A stretch of DNA of 30,811 nucleotides from Eubacteriales bacterium (lineage in GTDB: Bacteria; Bacillota; Clostridia; Oscillospirales; CAG-272): assembly GCA_045641025.1 (NCBI GenBank), contig JAZUGD010000018.1:1-30811 (forward strand), in the 5' to 3' direction. The position numbers were made by a program, and so were the translations under genes. The notes under the pieces were generated by a model, which searched no databases, had not been told where the DNA came from, and saw only the letters and a list, made by a program, of their open reading frames with translations. Of this stretch, positions 8,253 to 15,516 are shown piece by piece (the first letter of the stretch is position 1; every line of letters starts with the position of its first letter).

Positions 8253-8873
8253 ATGGCGGGGGAAAACGTTTCCTTCACGCCTGCGGTCAACCCCGTAAAG
8301 GCGGCGAAGGACGCTATGCGGGCGGAGTATAAGGAAAAACGCCGCCTCATGGATGCGGGCGAGCGTGAACGCCGCGACGCGGTCATCTGCGGCGCAGGTG
8401 CGGCTCTTGCAAGCTTCCGCTTTGCCGATTACGTGCTTCTCTATGCCGCAACGGAAAACGAGATAAATCTCCGTGCTCTCGCCGAGAGGGCACTCTCAAA
8501 GGGTAAAAAGATTGCGTTTCCGCGCTGCCATAAGGAAAGCCACACGATGACCTATCATTTCGTGAGCTCGTACGACGAGCTGTACCCCGACAGCTACGGC
8601 ATACCCGAGCCGCCCGCGGACGCGCCCGTTTACGACGGGCAGGGTGCGGGCACGGCGATATGCTTCGTGCCGGGTATCGTGTTCGATAAACAGGGCTACA
8701 GAATAGGTTACGGCAAAGGCTTCTACGACAGATTTCTCTCGTCGTTTTGCGGCTCGTCAATCGGAGTCGTCTACGGCGATTTCATTCTCCCCTCGGTACC
8801 GAGAGGAAGATACGACGTCAGTGTTGACGTCCTTCTTACCGAAAACGGAGTTGTAAACACAAGTGAAAACTAA
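8253..8873 (+). CDS. 5-formyltetrahydrofolate cyclo-ligase
   Basis: Family signature FVPGIVFDKQGYRIGYGKGFYDRFL and C-terminal VDVLLTE. Confidence 0.95.
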   Translation: MAGENVSFTPAVNPVKAAKDAMRAEYKEKRRLMDAGERERRDAVICGAGAALASFRFADYVLLYAATENEINLRALAERALSKGKKIAFPRCHKESHTMTYHFVSSYDELYPDSYGIPEPPADAPVYDGQGAGTAICFVPGIVFDKQGYRIGYGKGFYDRFLSSFCGSSIGVVYGDFILPSVPRGRYDVSVDVLLTENGVVNTSEN

Positions 8874-9768
8874 ACCGGTAATTGCGGCACCCGCGCTTCT
8901 GCTTATCGTGTTCATACTGATGGAGGCGATAACGGTGCTTCCCGCCGACGTGTTCGGCACCGACAGCGACCCGTATATCACGGCGTCACTGCTTCAGCTT
9001 TTCATTATCGCCCTGCCTACGGTCGTGTTCGCACGTCTGCGCGGCAAGGGATATTCGGGCAGAATGCGTCTGCGCCCGTTCACGGCGCGGCACGTGGCGA
9101 TTATTATATTCGCCCTCGGATTTCTTTTCTTCGGCTCGTCGGGACTCAGCTATGTGCTTCATCTTGCGTTCCCGCAGAGCGAGGTCGTGACCACGTATGA
9201 AACGAACGGCGGAATGCTCGGCGGCTTTTACGTTATTCTCACAATGGCGGTGCTTCCCGCTATAACGGAGGAGCTTCTCTTCCGCGGCGTCATCTGTGCC
9301 GAGTACGAGTCCTGCGGTATGCCCGCGGCGATAATTCTCTCGTCACTTTCGTTCGCCATGTTCCATTTCAGCTTCGTACGTCTCCCCGTGTATCTCTTCG
9401 GCGGATTTGTGCTTGTGCTCGTTCTGTATGCAACGCGCTCCGTCTTTGCGAGCATGGTCGTACATATCCTTTATAACACCGCCACCATATTCTTCGGTGA
9501 CCTCATATACAGAGTCGTCAGCAGTCAGGGACTCGTAATGTTCGGATTTTTGCTCGTTACGCTTTCGGTAGTGTTCGCAATACTCACCTTCGGTGAGGCC
9601 GAAAGACTGTACGCAGGCTACGCCGAGAAAAACGAGCCGTCCGGCTACGTGGTCGAAAAGAAGAACGGCGGCGGCGCGGCGGGACTCGCAAAAGCGGCGT
9701 TCTCGCCTCTCTATACGGCGCTTATCGTGCTGTACATAGTTGCCGCGGCAATAAACGTGTCAAGGTAA
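8863..9768 (+). CDS. CPBP (Abi/CAAX) family intramembrane glutamic endopeptidase
   Basis: Multi-TM protein with EELLFRG, FAMFH and HILYN motifs; GTG start overlaps the upstream gene. Confidence 0.9.
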   Translation: MKTKPVIAAPALLLIVFILMEAITVLPADVFGTDSDPYITASLLQLFIIALPTVVFARLRGKGYSGRMRLRPFTARHVAIIIFALGFLFFGSSGLSYVLHLAFPQSEVVTTYETNGGMLGGFYVILTMAVLPAITEELLFRGVICAEYESCGMPAAIILSSLSFAMFHFSFVRLPVYLFGGFVLVLVLYATRSVFASMVVHILYNTATIFFGDLIYRVVSSQGLVMFGFLLVTLSVVFAILTFGEAERLYAGYAEKNEPSGYVVEKKNGGGAAGLAKAAFSPLYTALIVLYIVAAAINVSR

Positions 9769-9795
9769 CCAAGTACCCTTTGAAAGGTAATATTT

Positions 9796-11826
9796 ATGGA
9801 AAATAACAAAATCCCGGGAGACGTGCCCGAAAGACCGTCCGGGACGCGGCACGTACGAGGTACGGAGCAGGGCGACACGGTAATGATACCGGTAACAAAA
9901 CGCCCCGATTCGGCAAAGCCGGGCGTTACCCGTGTGCCGAAGCCGACTCCCGTGCCGAGACCCACTCCCGTAACCCGTCAGATGCCCGTATCGGGAAGCG
10001 GTACACAACGTCCCGTGCAGAGGGGTACGGTTCCGCGTCCGACGCCCGTATCACGTCCGGTTCCCACCGGCACCGACATGAACGCCGAAACGCGGCAGAT
10101 TCCCGTGCAGAGAAGTGCACCTCAGGTAAGCCGCCCTGCACCTCAGTCCGCAGTCAGACCGCAGACCGACGTAGGCGGTGAAACGAGACAGATTCCCGTG
10201 CAGAGAAGCGCACCGCAGGTGAGCCGCCCTGCACCTCAGTCCGCAGTCAGACCGCAGACCGACGTAGGCGGTGAAACGCGTCAGATTCCCGTGCAGAGAA
10301 GTGCACCTCAGGTAAGCCGTCCCGCACCTCAGTCTGCAGTCAGACCGCAGACCGACGTAGGCGGTGAAACGAGACAGATTCCCGTGCAGAGAAGTGCGCA
10401 GACAAGCCGTCCCGCACCTCAGCACTCTGTCAGACCGCAGACCGACGTCGGCGGTGAGACGAGACAGATACCCGTGCACAAGCCCGCTGCGTCCGATAGC
10501 GGAGAAATGTCCGCCACCCGTCCCGTCAAGCTGAAGACCGAACTCAACCCCGAGGTAACCGCGAAGGTAAATCCCGAGGCTACCGTCGTAATAAAAACGC
10601 CCGCACCCGTTGCCGTAAACGGCGGCGCCGACGACGGCGGTACGAGACCGATGCATTTGCCGAAAGCCGAGCCCGAGAAACCGAAAAAAGAAAAGGCTTC
10701 CTTCTTCTCAAGGCTTCAGACTGCGGGAAGCGAGAGCGGCGGCAACACCGTCATGAGCATAGTCAAAGCGGTGGTTTACATGGTGCTCGTGCTTCTGGTT
10801 TCCGTCGGCATATCTCTTTTCATTATCCTCGTCGGCAACGACGTTTTCGCATTTGTCAAAACGGACGAGGAGATAACCGTCACGATTCCCGAGGATGCGG
10901 GTATAGAGGACGTCGCGGATATCCTTGCCGAAAACGGAGTAATCAAGTATCCGGGCATCTTCAAGTTCTACGCGTCGTATAAGAATGACGACGGCAAGTT
11001 CCTCGCGGGAACTTATACCGTAACTCCCGCCACCGACTACGAGGACCTTCTGTACGGCTTCAAGGAGCACGAACCCGAGGGTACGTCGTGGATAACGATT
11101 CCCGAGGGCTTTACCACCGACGAGATTATAAACCTTCTCGTCGAGTCGGGCATCGGTACCAAGGAGAAATACGTTGACGTCATCAACAATTACGATTTCG
11201 ACTACTGGTTCGTTGACGAGCTTGACGCGACCGACTGGAAGAGCACGGGCCGCTTCTACCGTCTTGACGGATACCTTTTCCCCGATACGTACGAGTTCTA
11301 CAATCAGTCGTCCGAGAAGACCGTTATAAACAAGCTGCTTGCGCGCTTCAACGTCATATACGGTGACAAATATAAGGAGACCGCAACGTCCGCGGGCTTC
11401 ACCACCGACCAGGTGCTTATCATTGCCTCCATGATAGAGAAGGAGGCGGGCATGGCGGCGGACTACAACACCGTTTCCTCCGTCTTCCGCAACAGACTCG
11501 CAAGCGACTATTATCCGCGTCTCGAGAGCGACGCTACGATACTGTACGCAATCCACCACGATACGGGTACCCGCCCGAATACGTGCACGGGCGAGGACCT
11601 CAAATACGACTCTCCGTACAACTCGTACCTGAACGACGGGCTTCCTCCGGGACCCATCGCAAACCCGAGTGCGAGTGCGATAAACGCCGCGCTGACCCCG
11701 GCAGACACGAACTATTATTATTTCGTATCGTACGAGGGCAAGACCTACTTTGCCTCGACCAACGAGGAGCACGAAGCAAACAAAGCCTACGTGAACGGAC
11801 TCCGCGAGCAGTCGGCACAGCCGTAA
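9796..11826 (+). CDS. mltG: Endolytic transglycosylase MltG with a long repetitive cytoplasmic N-terminus
   Basis: Single TM near aa 320-348, then a YceG domain: TIPEGFT, LDGYLFPDTY, ASMIEKEA (catalytic Glu), SPYNSY, GLPPGPIANPS, YYYFV. Confidence 0.95.
   Translation: MENNKIPGDVPERPSGTRHVRGTEQGDTVMIPVTKRPDSAKPGVTRVPKPTPVPRPTPVTRQMPVSGSGTQRPVQRGTVPRPTPVSRPVPTGTDMNAETRQIPVQRSAPQVSRPAPQSAVRPQTDVGGETRQIPVQRSAPQVSRPAPQSAVRPQTDVGGETRQIPVQRSAPQVSRPAPQSAVRPQTDVGGETRQIPVQRSAQTSRPAPQHSVRPQTDVGGETRQIPVHKPAASDSGEMSATRPVKLKTELNPEVTAKVNPEATVVIKTPAPVAVNGGADDGGTRPMHLPKAEPEKPKKEKASFFSRLQTAGSESGGNTVMSIVKAVVYMVLVLLVSVGISLFIILVGNDVFAFVKTDEEITVTIPEDAGIEDVADILAENGVIKYPGIFKFYASYKNDDGKFLAGTYTVTPATDYEDLLYGFKEHEPEGTSWITIPEGFTTDEIINLLVESGIGTKEKYVDVINNYDFDYWFVDELDATDWKSTGRFYRLDGYLFPDTYEFYNQSSEKTVINKLLARFNVIYGDKYKETATSAGFTTDQVLIIASMIEKEAGMAADYNTVSSVFRNRLASDYYPRLESDATILYAIHHDTGTRPNTCTGEDLKYDSPYNSYLNDGLPPGPIANPSASAINAALTPADTNYYYFVSYEGKTYFASTNEEHEANKAYVNGLREQSAQP
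10087..10476 (+). repeat. In-frame tandem repeat, 93-nt unit (31 aa ETRQIPVQRSAPQVSRPAPQSAVRPQTDVGG), about 4.2 copies
   Basis: Units start at 10087, 10180, 10273, 10366 (90-nt variant) and 10456 (partial); copies differ mostly at synonymous sites. Confidence 0.97.
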
Positions 11827-11831
11827 CGAGC

Positions 11832-11859
11832 GCAGAACGCAGAGTGTAGAGTGCAGAAC
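11832..11859 (+). repeat. Degenerate heptamer tandem repeat
   Basis: GCAGAAC GCAGAGT GTAGAGT GCAGAAC, starting 5 nt after the mltG stop. Confidence 0.7.
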
Positions 11860-12001
11860 TAATGTAAAAAACCGTTCGGATTTATTTGCGACAGCCTGAT
11901 AAGGATGTTTTTCGGGATGTGGATTTTGTGCGGTAAAATCCGATGCTCGTTATGGATGTGGACAAATTAGAATTTGTAAGGCTGTCCAGGGAAGGAATAG
12001 A

Positions 12002-12328
12002 ATGACAAAAAGGAAAGGAAAAAAGCAACCAAACATACGTATTGTACTTTTAGCTTACTTTCATCGCTATGGATGGATAGCCTTGATGCTTCTTCTTATG
12101 TATATCACAAAAAGTAAGTATGCCATTGGCATAAGTTTAATCGCATTCTCAATTTGGTCATTCTTTGGGTATATATTCCGATGGAAGCATATTTATTGTT
12201 CAAACCAGAATGCCTATCATCAGCCCATGACACCGGACAAGATTCGTTGGGATACTGTCAAAAAAATAGATGCCTATGGCGTTCCTGCTATATTTATGAT
12301 TTTGGGGGTTGCATTATTATTGGTTTAG
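12002..12328 (+). CDS. Hypothetical small membrane protein (about 3 TM, 108 aa), horizontally acquired
   Basis: SD GGAAGGA upstream; basic N-terminus, hydrophobic segments near aa 13-35, 40-59 and 91-108; AT-rich codons unlike its neighbours. Confidence 0.8.
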   Translation: MTKRKGKKQPNIRIVLLAYFHRYGWIALMLLLMYITKSKYAIGISLIAFSIWSFFGYIFRWKHIYCSNQNAYHQPMTPDKIRWDTVKKIDAYGVPAIFMILGVALLLV

Positions 12329-12364
12329 ATTATATAGTGCAAATCCCGGTTTGTTGAGATGAAA

Positions 12365-12405
12365 AAATAACCCTCAGAAAAGAAACTCTTTTCTGAGGGT
12401 TATTT
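12365..12405. terminator. Bidirectional intrinsic terminator (19-bp perfect stem)
   Basis: AAATAACCCTCAGAAAAGA-AAC-TCTTTTCTGAGGGTTATTT, between the convergent orphan gene and udg. Confidence 0.85.
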
Positions 12406-12455
12406 GTTTCAAAAAACATCCTTATGGGGCTCAACCCTTCCGAACGGTTTTGTTT

Positions 12456-13022
12456 TTATTCTTCAAAAGGATTGTAATTTCCGTCGAGGTAGGCTTTTAT
12501 GTTCTTCATGTCGGTGAACATGTCTTCTTTTCTTCTCGGGTCGCGCAGGAGCGCCGCGGGGTGGAAGACCGCCGTCATGACGAAATTACCCTTCCTCACA
12601 AATTTTCCGTGCTCTTTTGTAATCTTGAAATCGGGAGAAATCAGCCTCATCGCCGATATTCTGCCGAGGCACACGATTATCTCGGGGCGGATGAGCTTCA
12701 CCTGCTCGCGCAGGTAACCGATGCACGCGTCCTGCTCCGCGGGGAGCGGGTCGCGGTTTTTCGGCGGGCGGCATTTCAGTATGTTTGCGATATATACGTC
12801 CTCACGCGGAATGTCAACGGCGCGAAGGTACGTGTCAAGCAGTTTTCCGGCGGCACCGACGAACGGTACGCCGGAGAGGTCCTCTTTTTCTCCGGGAGCC
12901 TCGCCTACGAACATAAGCCGCGCATCGGTCGAGCCGGTACCGAACACGCAGTTCGTGCGGCTTTCGCACAGCGGGCAGGCGGTGCATTCCCGGCAGGTTT
13001 TTTCAAGCTCTTCCCAGTTCAT
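12456..13022 (-). CDS. udg: Uracil-DNA glycosylase, family 4 (Fe-S type)
   Basis: CRECTACPLC Fe-S ligands, GEAPG, KCRPP, HPAA. Confidence 0.96.
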   Translation of the reverse strand: MNWEELEKTCRECTACPLCESRTNCVFGTGSTDARLMFVGEAPGEKEDLSGVPFVGAAGKLLDTYLRAVDIPREDVYIANILKCRPPKNRDPLPAEQDACIGYLREQVKLIRPEIIVCLGRISAMRLISPDFKITKEHGKFVRKGNFVMTAVFHPAALLRDPRRKEDMFTDMKNIKAYLDGNYNPFEE

Positions 13023-14641
13023 GCCTGTCCCTCCACGTGCGATGCAAGCTTGCTCTTGATACTGTCAAACGACAGACCGTATTTGTCGGCAATGTCGGAG
13101 GCGTAGCTCTTTCCGTCGGGCGTGCGGCGCACGATACGGAAGCTTCGCTGACCGTCACGTATGTCTGCCGAAAGGTTGTCTATCTTAACTCCGCCGGCGG
13201 CGGTGCATTTTTCATTGAGCTCGGGTACTGCGGCGGCAAGGTCGTGCAGGTGAGTCGAGAAGATGCCGCGGCAGCCCGCAATGCTGAAGCCCGCAAGTAC
13301 CTCCGCGGCAATGTACGAACCCTCGTACGAGCCGGTTGAGGAGAGGGACTCGTCAAGAAGCACGATGCTCTCGCACGTAACGCGGTCGAATATTTCACCC
13401 AGTCGTGCGCATTCCTCACCGAGACGGCCCTTCTCAACGGTGTCGTCGCTTCCGGTGGGGAAGTGGGTGAATATATTGTCGCACGGGCTGACCGTCGCGG
13501 CGTCGGCGCATACGGGCAGACCGAGCTGAGTCATCGCCTGAGCCTGACCCACGGCGCACGTGATGACCGATTTACCGCCTCTGTTGGGCCCCGTTATAAC
13601 GTAAATCATGCCGTCGTCGTCGAAGGCGAAATCGTTCGGTACGAGCTCACCGTCCGTCTTCAGCGCGATGAGCGGGTTTATGAGTGCTTTCGCGTCAAAG
13701 CGCTTCTCACACGCCTCCGCAACCGTCGGGAAGGTGAGGGTGCAGCCTCTCTCTTTGAGCTTTTCGCAAAGCTTCACGCCCTTGGTCACAAACTCTATCT
13801 CCGGCATCAGTCGTAGCAGAAAGTCGGTGTTTTCAAGCACGTACGCCTGAACGATGCGCTTCCACTGACGTACCGACGAGCGGAACACGTTCGCAATACC
13901 CGACGAGAACGCCTGCGACATTGCCGTCTGCTCGTTTTCCGACTGACCTTTCTTAAAGGGGGTCAGCGGAGCGATGCACGTCATGTCACCGGGCTTGAAC
14001 TCAAGACGCAGAATACGGTCGAGAAGCTCGCCCGAGCGGAACTGCTCGTTGTTTACGGCAAGCACACCGGCACTCTCGGGTTTCATTCTGCCGTCGAGAT
14101 TCACGCCTATCGTAACGCTCTTTATCTCTCTCACGCGGGATGAAAGCTCGGAGAGTCTCTCGTTCAGCTCAAGTGCGTCGGGGCTTTCCGTAAGCTCGCT
14201 TATCCTGCGTGAAAACTCCTTCATCGCACCGCTTGAGAATTTATCCGCGTGCGGCAGAATACCGTCGCGCAGAAGCTCAAGCAGGGAAAGGTAAATCTCC
14301 GCCTCCGCGACGGAATAAAGGTAACCCTCGCCGTCGGACGCGGAAAAATCGCTTCCCATTCTGCGAAGCTCCGATATGTCGTCGAGCATCGGTATCATCC
14401 GTCTGAACGTCTCGCAGATTTCGGGAGCGCCGAGCAGGTCGGAGAATACCTCCTGACGGTATCTGACCGTTTCCGCGTCACGCGTAACGAGACGCGCCAC
14501 AGCCTCCGCGTTCATGTCGAGCGCCTCGTCAAGCGAAAGCTGAACGGCGGCAGCCGCCCACAGCTTTTCCGCGGCGCCGCTCTCCTCGGACGGGGAGAAT
14601 GCCGTTTCGGGATTCGGATATAAAAGGCTGATGTCTGTCAT
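13019..14641 (-). CDS. MutS-related ATPase (domain III/V type, lacking the mismatch-binding domain)
   Basis: N-terminal TRDAETVRYRQEVF motif, Walker A ITGPNRGGKS, FTHFP, GRLGEEC, Walker B LLDESLSST, FSTHLH, HTH SYASDIADKYGL; 540 aa. Confidence 0.9.
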   Translation of the reverse strand: MTDISLLYPNPETAFSPSEESGAAEKLWAAAAVQLSLDEALDMNAEAVARLVTRDAETVRYRQEVFSDLLGAPEICETFRRMIPMLDDISELRRMGSDFSASDGEGYLYSVAEAEIYLSLLELLRDGILPHADKFSSGAMKEFSRRISELTESPDALELNERLSELSSRVREIKSVTIGVNLDGRMKPESAGVLAVNNEQFRSGELLDRILRLEFKPGDMTCIAPLTPFKKGQSENEQTAMSQAFSSGIANVFRSSVRQWKRIVQAYVLENTDFLLRLMPEIEFVTKGVKLCEKLKERGCTLTFPTVAEACEKRFDAKALINPLIALKTDGELVPNDFAFDDDGMIYVITGPNRGGKSVITCAVGQAQAMTQLGLPVCADAATVSPCDNIFTHFPTGSDDTVEKGRLGEECARLGEIFDRVTCESIVLLDESLSSTGSYEGSYIAAEVLAGFSIAGCRGIFSTHLHDLAAAVPELNEKCTAAGGVKIDNLSADIRDGQRSFRIVRRTPDGKSYASDIADKYGLSFDSIKSKLASHVEGQA

Positions 14642-14652
14642 AGGCTCACCTT

Positions 14653-15462
14653 TCAGTCTATTTTGATAATCTCCGCGCCGTCCTCCGACGGTACGGTAAG
14701 ATATTTGAAGCCAATTGATTTCAGATATTCCACGGAGTCGGCAACGTCGGCGCAGGTATCGCCCACTATGTGTGCATCCGACCCGCAGGAGACGATTTCA
14801 CCGCCGCATTCGCGGTAGAAGCGGAGCACGCCGTCGTCGGGTGAGATTCCGTATTTCTTGCGTATGCCGGAGGTGTTAAGCTCAAGCGCGAGTCCTCTTT
14901 CCTTCATTTTATCAAAGAGAACGCGGTAAAGGTCAAAATATTTGCGGGTATCGAGGCGCCGCCCGTCACGGTTTATATATCTGCACGGGTAGGTGCAGTG
15001 CGCAATAACGTGTGCGGGCTCAAACGAGGTCGTGCGTATTACGTCGTTCAGGTACCGCTCGAACAGGTTTTCGATAAACACCTGCGGCATCTCGTCGTAT
15101 TTCAGAAAGATAAAATCGGGTACGTTTTCAAGGTTATGCACCGATGCGATGACAAAGCGTACGTCATTTTCTTTAATAAACTTAATAGCCTCGGTCTCGC
15201 GCAGATGCGGCTGACCGAGCTCGATGCCGAAAACGAAGTCGAGCTTGCCCTCGTATTTTTTCTTTGCCGCCTCAAATTCGGCGCGCGCGCCTTTGACGTC
15301 GTACTCGGGGTAGAGCCCGTCAAGCATGCAGTCTATGTCGTAGTGGTCGGTGAGCGCCACGCGGGAGGCACCGTGTGCAACCGCAGTCGCGCAGATATCG
15401 TCCGCCGTCTGCTCGCCGTCAAACGAAAAATGAGTGTGGGTATGGGTATCACAGAGAATCAT
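14653..15462 (-). CDS. PHP-domain phosphatase (HisJ/HisK histidinol-phosphatase family)
   Basis: DTHTHTHFSFDG, TDH, GIELG, SVHN, ELNTSG, GSDAH metal-binding motifs. Confidence 0.9.
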   Translation of the reverse strand: MILCDTHTHTHFSFDGEQTADDICATAVAHGASRVALTDHYDIDCMLDGLYPEYDVKGARAEFEAAKKKYEGKLDFVFGIELGQPHLRETEAIKFIKENDVRFVIASVHNLENVPDFIFLKYDEMPQVFIENLFERYLNDVIRTTSFEPAHVIAHCTYPCRYINRDGRRLDTRKYFDLYRVLFDKMKERGLALELNTSGIRKKYGISPDDGVLRFYRECGGEIVSCGSDAHIVGDTCADVADSVEYLKSIGFKYLTVPSEDGAEIIKID

Positions 15463-15516
15463 AATAATTCATGCATTCCTTTCGGCACGAATATACAGCG
15501 TAAAACAAGTGGCTGT

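Larger units (their letters stand above)
11868..12451. mobile_element. Putative non-autonomous element or gene cassette: low-GC island bounded by bipartite inverted repeats
   Basis: Perfect IR AAAACCGTTCGGA (11868-11880 / 12439-12451) and perfect IR ATAAGGATGTTTTT (11899-11912 / 12412-12425). GC is 30% and 35% in two counted 60-nt blocks (12001-12120). No transposase, integrase or clear target-site duplication. Confidence 0.6.

Noticed and set aside
10087-10476. CRISPR-like or phage-derived repeat array
   Set aside because: Units are contiguous, in-frame 93-nt coding repeats with no unique spacers, and there are no cas genes.
12154-12357. Overlapping 67-aa ORF in the island
   Set aside because: No SD, and it is out of frame within the better-supported 108-aa ORF.
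12329-12410. Classical integron attC site
   Set aside because: No RYYYAAC at the stop and no matching GTTRRRY; no intI in the window.
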